From IMG/VR virus record IMGVR_UViG_3300017724_000003, positions 1-57,903 of that record: a stretch of DNA of 57,903 nt, one strand, 5' to 3'. This stretch comes from a virus. Position 1 is the first letter of the stretch, and each line of letters opens with the position of its first letter. Both the position numbers and the translations under genes were made by a program. Below, one piece after another: positions 8,449-16,569 of the stretch. The notes under the pieces are model-generated. The model did no database searches and was not told the origin of the DNA. It saw only the letters and a program-made list of their open reading frames with translations.

Positions 8449-8667
8449 TTACTTCTTCCAACGAATACGTTTCGAGCTCGTCTTCCTCTTGGCTGCCGAC
8501 GTGCACTGTGCTTTTGTCGGTCGACAAGCCGGATACCCCTTGCGTTTTTCGCCCTTCTGACGTCCACAAGGCTTCCCCGTCTTGCAGTCGACCCAACCTT
8601 TTCCGTTGTTTTGACTGAACCATGTCTTTAAGCTATTCGATTTCTTTGTCTTTTGTCGTCCTGCCAT
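8449..8667 (-). CDS. Small basic Cys-containing conserved phage protein
   Basis: 72 aa. KGWVDCKTGKPCGRQKGEKRKGYPACRP motif with a very Lys/Arg-rich tail. Confidence 0.6.
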   Translation of the reverse strand: MAGRQKTKKSNSLKTWFSQNNGKGWVDCKTGKPCGRQKGEKRKGYPACRPTKAQCTSAAKRKTSSKRIRWKK

Positions 8668-8670
8668 GAC

Positions 8671-9093
8671 CTACCTCAATGGATTGCTTGCAGCATCTAA
8701 GCCGCGCCAGATGTCGTCTATCTCTCTGTTGATTTTCTCGAACGACTTGTCGATGCCGTCCACGGTTGTCTTGAATTGCTGCACGAGGACGTCGTTCTCT
8801 GCTGACGTCTTCTCTACTGCTGCGATGCGGTCACGCATATCCAGAAGCTCTCGCTGGTTCTCCATGATTGTCTCTAGGTTTGTGCCAAGGACTGTGAGCT
8901 TCTCTGTTGTTGCGCCGTTGCCTGACGTGGCTTCTTCCACTGCTTCGATGCGGCCATAGAACTCGGCTACCGCCCAGATACCACCGCCGATAGTCGTTGC
9001 CATTGACACTACTATGGCAATGTAGACGCCCCGTAACTTGACGCCGCCAATGTTTAGCTCAGTATCCTCAATAGCCAAGGTCTTGCTCCTCAT
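8671..9093 (-). CDS. Membrane-anchored coiled-coil protein (i-spanin-like topology); start placed at the internal Met of tracked ORF 8671-9201
   Basis: TM segment VYIAIVVSMATTIGGGIWAVA followed by about 95 aa of heptad-like sequence. The upstream part of the tracked ORF lies inside the neighbouring gene. Confidence 0.45.
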   Translation of the reverse strand: MRSKTLAIEDTELNIGGVKLRGVYIAIVVSMATTIGGGIWAVAEFYGRIEAVEEATSGNGATTEKLTVLGTNLETIMENQRELLDMRDRIAAVEKTSAENDVLVQQFKTTVDGIDKSFEKINREIDDIWRGLDAASNPLR

Positions 9094-9841
9094 AGATTTC
9101 TTGGCCGACACCGAGAACAGTGGCCATCTCTGCGTAGTTATGACCAAAGAAGCCGTGGTAGCTGACGTATTGGTTTGATGCCCACTCAAGTTTGAGGACA
9201 TCGTCTACTGCGTTGAAGCTGACCTGCATGTTCATCGCTGTGCTGTTGAACTCTTGGGCTACCTCGTCTGTATGGTTGGTGACGAAGTCATCATTGGCCG
9301 CCGACAAGAAGACGGCTGCCTCCTGGGCGTGAGTTTCGATTGCCTCCAGGCTGTCATTGAATGCAGCAACGTCCTGCTGCGTCAGCTCGACGTCGGATTC
9401 AGAGATGAACTCCTGGAGCTGGAGCTGTTCGTCTACGGTGTCTGCTTCCTGGGCAACCTCGGCGACGGCCTCGACCTTTACTAATTCTTGGGCTGCGACG
9501 GCAAACATATCGACGGCATCACCAAGGTTATCCATGGCCTCGTCGTGTTTGTCCTCAAAGAACATCTGAGTGTTGTAATAGACGGCATCACGAACACCTT
9601 GAAGTGCGTCGTTGTAAGCTGTCATCTCTTCCATTGTGATGTTGTGTGGTGTCACTGTGTCTACACCAACAATCGTCCCCTGTGCTGCGAGGTGATGCGC
9701 CCCGGCTACTGCGTGCCGGGCGTTGTGAACCTTACCTGCAATCAGGCTACTTACGTCTACGAGATTATTTATCGCCGGGTCCGCGTACACTGGTGCGATA
9801 CTGCTCAGAAATAGTAAGACTGCTGTCAATGTCTTCGTCAT
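9068..9841 (-). CDS. Secreted acidic protein, unknown function
   Basis: N-terminal signal peptide MTKTLTAVLLFLSSIAPVYA/DP. 257-aa ORF. Confidence 0.6.
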   Translation of the reverse strand: MTKTLTAVLLFLSSIAPVYADPAINNLVDVSSLIAGKVHNARHAVAGAHHLAAQGTIVGVDTVTPHNITMEEMTAYNDALQGVRDAVYYNTQMFFEDKHDEAMDNLGDAVDMFAVAAQELVKVEAVAEVAQEADTVDEQLQLQEFISESDVELTQQDVAAFNDSLEAIETHAQEAAVFLSAANDDFVTNHTDEVAQEFNSTAMNMQVSFNAVDDVLKLEWASNQYVSYHGFFGHNYAEMATVLGVGQEIYEEQDLGY

Positions 9842-10397
9842 TAGATTTCTCCATCTGTAGAGTTAAGTTGTAAAACGGTTTGCGCTTTTTGTAGTCCGGT
9901 ATGAATAAGAGTGGGTCCTTTTTCATTGTGTAGTAGGCGGCTCGTCCCACGACGAGCCTGCCGTTTATGGTCAAAGGGCAGGGCGTGCCCGAGTTGAACA
10001 TGGAAATCCAGACTTCTGTGTCTGTGCACATGAGGGATACTGCGGCGATGGTCATGCCCAAATCCTTTAGGACTTTAGCGTCTCGCCTGCGATTACAGTT
10101 GACGTCCTGTCGATAGAACCCGCCCGATAGACCAAACAGATTTACCTGCGTGCCGATTGAATTGCCGACCAAGCACGTGTCTTGACCGCTACTGATGTAG
10201 CTCGGGGCGATTGCAGACGGAGGCGGCATCGTGTCCGATGAGGAGCCAGCGCCATTGAAGTTGTTTGTTGTGCTTGTGTTGTTGCTATCAACGGTGCTGT
10301 CAGAGGTGCTTGAGTTCAAGTCGCCATCTTGGTTGTTCTGGGCGTGGGCTAAACCCACGCACAGAAACAGCAGTAAGAGTGCACACCGCTTAACCAT
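9765..10397 (-). CDS. Secreted protein with an N/S/T-rich low-complexity N-terminus and a Cys-containing C-domain (start at Met22 of the tracked ORF)
   Basis: Signal peptide MVKRCALLLLFLCVGLAHA/Q. ATG at 10397 lies 5 nt from the desaturase stop. Confidence 0.55.
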   Translation of the reverse strand: MVKRCALLLLFLCVGLAHAQNNQDGDLNSSTSDSTVDSNNTSTTNNFNGAGSSSDTMPPPSAIAPSYISSGQDTCLVGNSIGTQVNLFGLSGGFYRQDVNCNRRRDAKVLKDLGMTIAAVSLMCTDTEVWISMFNSGTPCPLTINGRLVVGRAAYYTMKKDPLLFIPDYKKRKPFYNLTLQMEKSNDEDIDSSLTISEQYRTSVRGPGDK

Positions 10398-11115
10398 GAC
10401 CCTTGTTTCCGTTGAGCTTGTGCGGGAACCAACGGATGAGTAACCAATAAGGTAGGTCAACGAGGCCGAGCCTCGAGTTCATCATGTTCTCGTGATGTTT
10501 GTCGTGATAGATTTCTGGCGAATACAGCAGGGCAACCAAGTGGTTTTGCGGAATGCTCTTCATGTGACCGACGTATAAGAGTAAGACTTGGTGTATGACC
10601 ATGGTCATGTAGACGAAGGCCCACTCAGCGAATCCGAATGCCAGGGAGAATGCTGCTGCCGTGATGGCTGCCCATATCAAATAGTATTTTGCTTGGGCTA
10701 GATATAGTTTGTCTCGTAGTAAGTCGCGAACGTACATAAGGTTTGGGATGTGTCCAAAGATTTTCAGGTTGTGCATGAAAGAAAACTGGGGACCGTGGAC
10801 GTCGCCTTCTTCGTCAGAGAATCTGTGGTGCTGCCGATGGACGGCGCTCCACGGGATGACGGCAGCAAGACCGAGGCCACCAGATATAAACGTGAATGGA
10901 TAGCGTAACCAGTCAGGGCATTTCCATGTCGGGTGACAGACCGAGCGGTGATAGAAGGCAGAAGAGAGGACGAGCATGATGCCTGTCCCCACGAAGTACC
11001 AAAGCAAAAGCTCCCAGTTGGACTTGACCAGAAGCTCATAGCCCACGACACCGATAGTCATGAGGAATACACCCATGAGTATCGAACCTGTTTTACTGTT
11101 TAGATAATCAACCAT
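10390..11115 (-). CDS. Membrane fatty-acid desaturase, delta-9 acyl-CoA/acyl-lipid type (short form, 241 aa)
   Basis: Three His boxes in canonical order: HRSVCH, HRQHHRFSDEEGDVHGP, HDKHHEN. Several hydrophobic spans. Confidence 0.8.
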   Translation of the reverse strand: MVDYLNSKTGSILMGVFLMTIGVVGYELLVKSNWELLLWYFVGTGIMLVLSSAFYHRSVCHPTWKCPDWLRYPFTFISGGLGLAAVIPWSAVHRQHHRFSDEEGDVHGPQFSFMHNLKIFGHIPNLMYVRDLLRDKLYLAQAKYYLIWAAITAAAFSLAFGFAEWAFVYMTMVIHQVLLLYVGHMKSIPQNHLVALLYSPEIYHDKHHENMMNSRLGLVDLPYWLLIRWFPHKLNGNKGHG

Positions 11116-11214
11116 AAATAACCCACCATATTATTAGACCGTAGACAAACGCCCGAAACATGGGGTTACACCACATGCTTTCGGTGTGCCACTCAAGAAG
11201 CAAACGCTTCTGGT

Positions 11215-11388
11215 TTATGCTTTGCGACGCCGCTTTGTAGGTTTCTTTGCCTTTTTTGAGGAGTTTCCCCAGTTTGCCGCTCCAACTTTGCGGCATTTCA
11301 CTAGGGCCCCACTGGCGTAGGCGCTCGGCCAAACCTTGTAACGCGACTTTACCTTTCGATAACATGCGTCTTTCTTTCCAGCCGCCAT
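11215..11388 (-). CDS. Small conserved basic protein (57 aa). It is absent from the ORF track and lies in a different frame from tracked ORF 11108-11458.
   Basis: My translation: MAAGKKDACYRKVKSRYKVWPSAYASGALVKCRKVGAANWGNSSKKAKKPTKRRRKA. I recognise the VWPSAYASG..VKCRK.GA.NWG core as a widespread marine-phage/virus small-protein family. Confidence 0.6.
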   Translation of the reverse strand: MAAGKKDACYRKVKSRYKVWPSAYASGALVKCRKVGAANWGNSSKKAKKPTKRRRKA

Positions 11389-11558
11389 CACTTACCTCTT
11401 TTCTGTGTGCAAGGACACGGCTTGTGCTGCATATTTCCTGAACGAGTGCGCCGCCCAAGCGGGCGCACGGACTTAGGCTTTCTCATTAACTTCTTCCTTG
11501 TGACACTCACAGGTACACCTCTCCCTATCGCAGGGCATCTCGGAACAGACGAAACAAA

Positions 11559-11816
11559 TCACCACGCCTTGCATGACCAGTACCTTGCTTTCGTCTTTGG
11601 TCCCGGGTTGTCACAGTTGTGACGGGCCCGGAAGGACTTACGTCTTGCCGGAATGTTCTTTTTGATTTTCATGTTCGGGTCACCGAACCGCACAACCTTA
11701 ACTGAGCCGCCGTCCTTTACGCAGACGCCAGACTTCTTCGGCCCGCCAGGAGTGCGGAACGGTTTGTTAAGTGATTTGCCTTTACAGGCAGACGATACTC
11801 GTTTTTTTGCGGCCAT
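11559..11816 (-). CDS. Small conserved basic protein (85 aa)
   Basis: KPFRTPGGPKK...VRFGDPNMKIK...RRKSFRARHNCDNPGPKTKARYWSCKAW; I recognise this as a recurrent phage/giant-virus small-protein family. Confidence 0.65.
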   Translation of the reverse strand: MAAKKRVSSACKGKSLNKPFRTPGGPKKSGVCVKDGGSVKVVRFGDPNMKIKKNIPARRKSFRARHNCDNPGPKTKARYWSCKAW

Positions 11817-11843
11817 ATCTATCTCCTTTGGCTTAAAGATAGA

Positions 11844-12344
11844 TTACTTCTGATGGTTTAAGAGGTCGTCCCGATGTGCCAGCACAGCTTCGCACCAATC
11901 GTGCAGTTGCGAGACGCTGAGTGTGTTCTTCATTAGGTTCACGATGTTGCAGACTAGGTGGATGTTGTCTGTCCGGTAGCCGATAGAGCTATCTATGCGG
12001 TCAATGGAAGCGTTTGTGTAGACGGTACCCTCTCCCCTCTCTGTAGTCATGCTTCGCCCTGTAATCGCACACAGACCACCCTGAGAGAACCACAGGCCAG
12101 CGATGTCGCTTGGTGTGATGTGCCACTCATGTTTTGAGAAGCGCTTTCTGTGGTGTGACAGTTGTATTAGGAAGGGGATTGGGTCCTTTGAGTTAAAGCG
12201 CTCGGAGTCATAAGCTCTCTGGCACTCTGAGCAACGACCGTATGGCTGACCTTCTCTTGCTCCCGCCGATGGTCCACGCTTACGGAACTCATCAAGTGGA
12301 TGTTCAAGGCCGCATGCTCGGCAAAGTCTGGAACCCTCTGACAA
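11844..12344 (-). CDS. Zn-ribbon plus HNH-like endonuclease domain protein
   Basis: N-terminal CRACG...CSEC pair. C-terminal GGLCAITG...SIDRIDSSIGYRTDNIHLVCNIVNLMK is typical of a divergent HNH-type nuclease family. Confidence 0.45.
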   Translation of the reverse strand: MSEGSRLCRACGLEHPLDEFRKRGPSAGAREGQPYGRCSECQRAYDSERFNSKDPIPFLIQLSHHRKRFSKHEWHITPSDIAGLWFSQGGLCAITGRSMTTERGEGTVYTNASIDRIDSSIGYRTDNIHLVCNIVNLMKNTLSVSQLHDWCEAVLAHRDDLLNHQK

Positions 12345-12353
12345 TCAACCTCG

Positions 12354-12605
12354 CTAGTTTGCTTGCCGACGGATTGACAGTAAGTCAAACAGTCGGGCTT
12401 TAACTAGCTCGATGTGTCCAAGGACTTTGGTTGGGTCATCGAAGACATCGGGCGACCATCCAAGGAAGAGGCGCTCTTCTTCTGAGTCATCATCAAAGAC
12501 GCGAGCCAAAAGAATTACGTTTTCTACAAGCCCCCCATCTTCTGAGATGTTGTTCAGCTCTGATAGCATGTCATCGAGGGACTCGAATTGGCTTTGTTTA
12601 CTCAT
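12354..12605 (-). CDS. Hypothetical acidic protein
   Basis: 83-aa ORF overlapping the upstream gene end by 8 nt. Confidence 0.5.
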   Translation of the reverse strand: MSKQSQFESLDDMLSELNNISEDGGLVENVILLARVFDDDSEEERLFLGWSPDVFDDPTKVLGHIELVKARLFDLLSIRRQAN

Positions 12606-12960
12606 GTAAAACTCCTGACCAAATTAAATATGCACGGTATAGAACGGTCCAGTCGTCCAGTCTCATGACAACCAGGGACTTACCCGTGGGGACGTTATTC
12701 TTTCGTGTGATTACAACCGGGGCGTCATCGTTGTCCCGGGCAGCGATGCCTCGTTCTGCCTGCTCCATGGCAGCGTAGACGTTAGCGCGTTCTGTTCTCT
12801 TGGCTTCGACCCATATCTCTGGGGTTCCGTATAGGTCTGCCATCTGAACATCTTTCAGGCCGCCGCCGCTCAACGGCGAGCGGCTGACGTAGATACCTGT
12901 TTTTTCTGAGAGGTACTGGGCTAACTCATTCTCGTAGCCGTTACCTTTTGCCGTACTCAT
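12598..12960 (-). CDS. PD-(D/E)xK nuclease, Hjc-like Holliday-junction resolvase family
   Basis: KGNGYENELAQYL...D(L)YG...IWVEAKR gives the D-x(n)-E-x-K arrangement and an Hjc-like N-terminus. Confidence 0.6.
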   Translation of the reverse strand: MSTAKGNGYENELAQYLSEKTGIYVSRSPLSGGGLKDVQMADLYGTPEIWVEAKRTERANVYAAMEQAERGIAARDNDDAPVVITRKNNVPTGKSLVVMRLDDWTVLYRAYLIWSGVLHE

Positions 12961-13253
12961 TCGTCGTCATACCCTCTCGAGGCTCGGCACTTCTTACAGT
13001 AGTACCAGTTCTTTGGCCTTTGCTCCGTGCACCCACAATCCATGCACGGACGCTCCCATGTAGCTACTGTTTCTTTTCGGGCGACAACATACTTAGCCCC
13101 CTCGAAGTCACGCAGACCTTCTCGGACGAGAATCCTTTTAAGAGTATCGACGCAGACACCAATTCGGTCTGCGGCTTCAGTAAGAGTTACATTATGGTGG
13201 TGTTCTCTAAGCCACTTCATGTTGTCGTCAGTTACATTGACGACCTTTGGCAT
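12957..13253 (-). CDS. HTH DNA-binding protein with a C-terminal Cys4 zinc ribbon; first gene of the leftward operon
   Basis: VTLTEAADRIGVCVDTLKRILV (HTH-like) and CMDCGC...CKKC. RBS GGAGGG. Confidence 0.55.
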   Translation of the reverse strand: MPKVVNVTDDNMKWLREHHHNVTLTEAADRIGVCVDTLKRILVREGLRDFEGAKYVVARKETVATWERPCMDCGCTEQRPKNWYYCKKCRASRGYDDE

Positions 13254-13332
13254 ATATTCCCTCCTGTGTTACAGACATTGTAACGATTTGTAGACGCTTG
13301 CAACACCTTTAGATAACTTTACCCGTCGAAAG

Positions 13333-13361
13333 TTGACAAGAGGCCGCGAATATGGTACAAA
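13333..13361 (+). promoter_or_regulatory. Candidate sigma70 promoter reading toward the RuvC-like gene
   Basis: TTGACA (13333-13338), 17-nt spacer, TACAAA (13356-13361), preceded by TGg (extended -10-like). Confidence 0.4.
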
Positions 13362-13376
13362 GTGTCTGTGACTTTG

Positions 13377-13458
13377 AGTTAATTAAGACTATCTCAGAGC
13401 CGACAGGGGCTTTAGGCCCCTGCGGCGTATCAAGACTTTAATCTCTAGTTAATTAAGA
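13377..13458. promoter_or_regulatory. Two 12-nt direct repeats AGTTAATTAAGA, 70 bp apart, flanking a 7-bp-stem hairpin; candidate operator or 5' leader element
   Basis: Repeats at 13377-13388 and 13447-13458. Hairpin CAGGGGC-TTTAG-GCCCCTG at 13404-13422. Located between divergent genes. Confidence 0.4.
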
Positions 13459-13464
13459 ATGTGA

Positions 13465-13911
13465 ATGTCACAGACACAAATTCTCGCACTCGACCTTGCA
13501 TCTCGAACTGGATGGGCTCACTCAAATGGGAACGGCGGTGTGGTTGACTTGCGCAATAAGCAAAAAGACTGGGGCATGATGGGGCACAAGTGGAACTACG
13601 AGCTCCGCGAGATGATACAGCAGTGTCCACCAACACATATCTACTGTGAACTACCACCGAACAGACTAATGGGTGCAGCCAGAATGATTTTACTGGGCTT
13701 ACATTGGCAAAGCAGAGCCATCGCGTTTGATTATTGCATCCCATTCAAAAATGTCGCAGTCCCTACGCTCAAGAAGTGGGCGACAGGTTCAGGTAAAGCG
13801 ACTAAAGATGACATGATTAGAGCCGCATGCGAGCTCGATTGGCAGCAACCTGTAGACGACAACCACGCAGACGCAATCCTACTATGCAAGTACGGTGAGG
13901 CTAACGTGTGA
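13465..13911 (+). CDS. RuvC-like Holliday-junction resolvase
   Basis: ILALDLASRTGWA N-terminal motif and C-terminal DNHADAILL, typical of phage RuvC-family endonucleases. Confidence 0.75.
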   Translation: MSQTQILALDLASRTGWAHSNGNGGVVDLRNKQKDWGMMGHKWNYELREMIQQCPPTHIYCELPPNRLMGAARMILLGLHWQSRAIAFDYCIPFKNVAVPTLKKWATGSGKATKDDMIRAACELDWQQPVDDNHADAILLCKYGEANV

Positions 13912-14084
13912 GTGACGAACTACCAGCACTTGATAGTAAAGACAGATGGAAATACTCGGACGAGCAGTGGGTCAGCTTGGCACGCCAGTGGGCAGAGCAC
14001 GCACCCGAATTAAAATCAGCCGTAGACGAGTTGCGAGAGCAATTCCCAGGCTCAATCGTGACCTACATCGGACCACGCAGATAA
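13908..14084 (+). CDS. Small hypothetical protein (58 aa, GTG start overlapping the RuvC-like stop); not in the ORF track
   Basis: My translation: VSDELPALDSKDRWKYSDEQWVSLARQWAEHAPELKSAVDELREQFPGSIVTYIGPRR. More protein-like than tracked ORF 13946-14158. Confidence 0.3.
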   Translation: MSDELPALDSKDRWKYSDEQWVSLARQWAEHAPELKSAVDELREQFPGSIVTYIGPRR

Positions 14085-14135
14085 CAGGTTGGGCATCAGC
14101 CGCTGTCTATCTCGGCACGGCGTATTGTTTAGTGG

Positions 14136-14657
14136 TTATTCTTTCGGCTCTGACTTAAAGAACACAGCAAACGTAAACCTGTAGTAGGGCGCGCAGGCCG
14201 CAGGTGGCCGGAGCGCATGAGGGCTGTCAGCCTCCATCCATAACACTTGGCCAGGCTTGTATGGGATACACGTCTGGATGTCTACACCATTCTCTTCATA
14301 GATTATCGTCTCCCCCGCCCACTCTTGCTCCCAATCCAGGTTGGCGTAATACACCAACGTATCCTCGCCCATGTGTGCATGAGAGAAGAAGACGTTTTGT
14401 GGGATAGTCAGGTTGACGAATGACCGGAGTGGCTCCCTATCACCAATCAAGTCCAATAACTTTTGGTCGCGTATGCGTGGCAGGAAGTTCATGTTATCCA
14501 TGTCCTCCTCGCTATACGCTGATGTCAGGTATTGATGCGGCCTTGCCTTATCGCCAAGCCTGTCAGTGCCACCAATCGTGTACTTGCTTCTGTAGCAGAA
14601 CTCGTAGAACTCCTGCATCTCAGCGTATGAAAAGGGTTCTGGGAATAGTCTATACAT
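14136..14657 (-). CDS. 2OG-Fe(II) oxygenase-like protein
   Basis: SHAHMGED ... SPHALRP ... RFTFAVFF is compatible with an HxD/E...H...R dioxygenase core. Overlaps the primase-helicase stop by 8 nt. Confidence 0.45.
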   Translation of the reverse strand: MYRLFPEPFSYAEMQEFYEFCYRSKYTIGGTDRLGDKARPHQYLTSAYSEEDMDNMNFLPRIRDQKLLDLIGDREPLRSFVNLTIPQNVFFSHAHMGEDTLVYYANLDWEQEWAGETIIYEENGVDIQTCIPYKPGQVLWMEADSPHALRPPAACAPYYRFTFAVFFKSEPKE

Positions 14658-16569
14658 TGTCTATACCTAGCCATCCGTTGACGACCTCAAGTGGTTTAGT
14701 TAATTCCTGCGCAATGTCTATCGGCTGTCGGCCAGACAGTGCGAGCTCTTTGGCGCGACGCTTGGTGCTGTAACTGCTGACCAGCTTCTTGTTGCCCGTT
14801 ATCTTGTGTGCCGCCCACCCTATGAACTGGATTGGGTCGTGGACATCCGTCCATTCCCTAACCTTACCGTACCTAACTTCCATGGCCATCGACACATACC
14901 AATCGTCGTCGAGCTTGCGTTGAAGTGCGTCCATTGGTGAGCGCTCGTAGTTACCATCCCACATCCCCGCCTTTTGTTTTGCGGTCTCCTCGTCTCGGTA
15001 TATCTGCGCAATGCGTATCTGCGTTTCCAGAACTGTGAGCTGGTTGGTAGACCCAGCCTCCCGACCGAGCCCATCGTCTCCAGGCTTATTGCTGTGGTGC
15101 AGCATGATAACTGACATGCCAGCGTTGCGCAGACTTAGGGCCAGCCTGTTGATGTCAGCCCACTCTTCGGCGCTGTTCTCTGACATGCCTGACCACGCTG
15201 TTCGGATTGTGTCAAAGACAACGATGTCTGGGTTGTAGTAGTTAATCCACCCTTCCGTTTCTCTGACGCCAGCAGGAGAACGCATGTTGATTTCTTTATC
15301 CTCAAGCCAAGGTGTCCACACGGAGAACAAGTCCCCTGCGTCACCATACATCTGCCGAAGGTCAGTCAGCCTGCGACCAAGGTCGCCCTGCGATAACTCA
15401 AAATCCATATACAACACACGCGCTGGCTTCATCACTTCAAACGGACCGAAGTATCTTTGTCCAGCGGCCATTGAATACAATGCGTGTTGCAAGAACATCG
15501 TCTTGCCACTGCCACTGTACCCATGGACTTGAATGATTGTCTGCGGACGCAACCATGGTTCAATAAAGTATTCACGGTTCTTGCCTGCCTCGAGCAGAGC
15601 TTCGCTGTCTGATACGGTAATCAGTTTGCGTTCACGCGCCTCTCCATCGAACACCTCAATGTCTGGCCTCTTATATATGTAGTCACCTGTTTGCGCATCA
15701 AACCGCTCTGGGTGATTGCGGCGCTCCATACGCTCGACACTAAGAAGTGTGTCCTCAAACTCCTTGTCGCCAAGGTGCGACTCAAAGAAGTGGTCCATGA
15801 ATGCGCGACACTTAACGCGAAGAGTTGGGCCAAATGCACCAGTAAGGACGGACTCGCTGGCGTAGCGCATCACCCTATCGTTACGGGCATTGCCTTCGCC
15901 GCTAGGTATCTTGCCGCTAGTAAATCCCTTGTCCTTAATAAAGGCTTCGGTTCGCTCCCACTCAGTGAGTAGCCTGCTTGGGTCAAAGCGTATGTCTGCT
16001 AGATTAAGGTCGCCGAATGAGAAGTTGTCGGCGTTGGCGGTACTCAGTTGCTCAGTACCTACCCAGTCCTTCCACATTGGCAGGTCATGCAGACGGTCGA
16101 AGCTCTCGGCTACCTTCCACCGATACCCCTTAGAAGGCGGTAGAAGCGCGTAACTGCCGTCGCCTCGGAAATCCAGCCCTGACGTTCTTGGCCAGTCTGC
16201 ACCAGTCGAGTTATTCCCTGCTCTCGGGCCCCGTCTCTTGCCATCTTTAGGATGAGTAAACCAGAGGTGACATCCCCTCTTCGTCGATACGGAGATGGGC
16301 GAGCGCATTCCGCAGCTAATCGCCGCATTGAGCGCAGCATCATTATCGCAGTCAACAATGACGACGCCCGATATTTCTCCCGTAACGACCGCGATGTTGG
16401 CCTCGGGCCACATCGTAAACCAATCAGTGACTTCTTCTTCCGTAGGAAGACGGGTCTGGTAGTCCCTCCACTTAACTGCCGGACGCTTCGTGTCCGCGTG
16501 TATAGGGATGACTGATAACCCCTCATCCAGATATTCCAGAGCTGCGTTCAGGACTGCGTCTTTGGTCAT
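14650..16569 (-). CDS. Bifunctional primase-polymerase (Prim-Pol) N-domain fused to a RecA-fold helicase/ATPase domain
   Basis: GLSVIPIHADTKRPAVKWRDYQ and VIVDCDND (Prim-Pol). Walker A GYSGSGKT and Walker B DIVVFDT in the C-terminal half. Confidence 0.85.
   Translation of the reverse strand: MTKDAVLNAALEYLDEGLSVIPIHADTKRPAVKWRDYQTRLPTEEEVTDWFTMWPEANIAVVTGEISGVVIVDCDNDAALNAAISCGMRSPISVSTKRGCHLWFTHPKDGKRRGPRAGNNSTGADWPRTSGLDFRGDGSYALLPPSKGYRWKVAESFDRLHDLPMWKDWVGTEQLSTANADNFSFGDLNLADIRFDPSRLLTEWERTEAFIKDKGFTSGKIPSGEGNARNDRVMRYASESVLTGAFGPTLRVKCRAFMDHFFESHLGDKEFEDTLLSVERMERRNHPERFDAQTGDYIYKRPDIEVFDGEARERKLITVSDSEALLEAGKNREYFIEPWLRPQTIIQVHGYSGSGKTMFLQHALYSMAAGQRYFGPFEVMKPARVLYMDFELSQGDLGRRLTDLRQMYGDAGDLFSVWTPWLEDKEINMRSPAGVRETEGWINYYNPDIVVFDTIRTAWSGMSENSAEEWADINRLALSLRNAGMSVIMLHHSNKPGDDGLGREAGSTNQLTVLETQIRIAQIYRDEETAKQKAGMWDGNYERSPMDALQRKLDDDWYVSMAMEVRYGKVREWTDVHDPIQFIGWAAHKITGNKKLVSSYSTKRRAKELALSGRQPIDIAQELTKPLEVVNGWLGIDNV

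Noticed and set aside
8168-8623. 151-aa minus and 146-aa plus ORFs overlapping the holin-like and 72-aa genes
   Set aside because: They straddle two well-delimited genes in other frames and lack start context.
11108-11458. Tracked 116-aa minus-strand ORF
   Set aside because: An alternative frame (11215-11388) encodes a recognisable conserved small protein. The 116-aa translation is non-protein-like and spans that gene.
13946-14158. Tracked 70-aa plus-strand ORF
   Set aside because: It gives an Arg-rich, unstructured translation with no RBS. The overlapping frame starting at GTG 13908, coupled to the RuvC-like stop, looks more protein-like, though that one is also low confidence.
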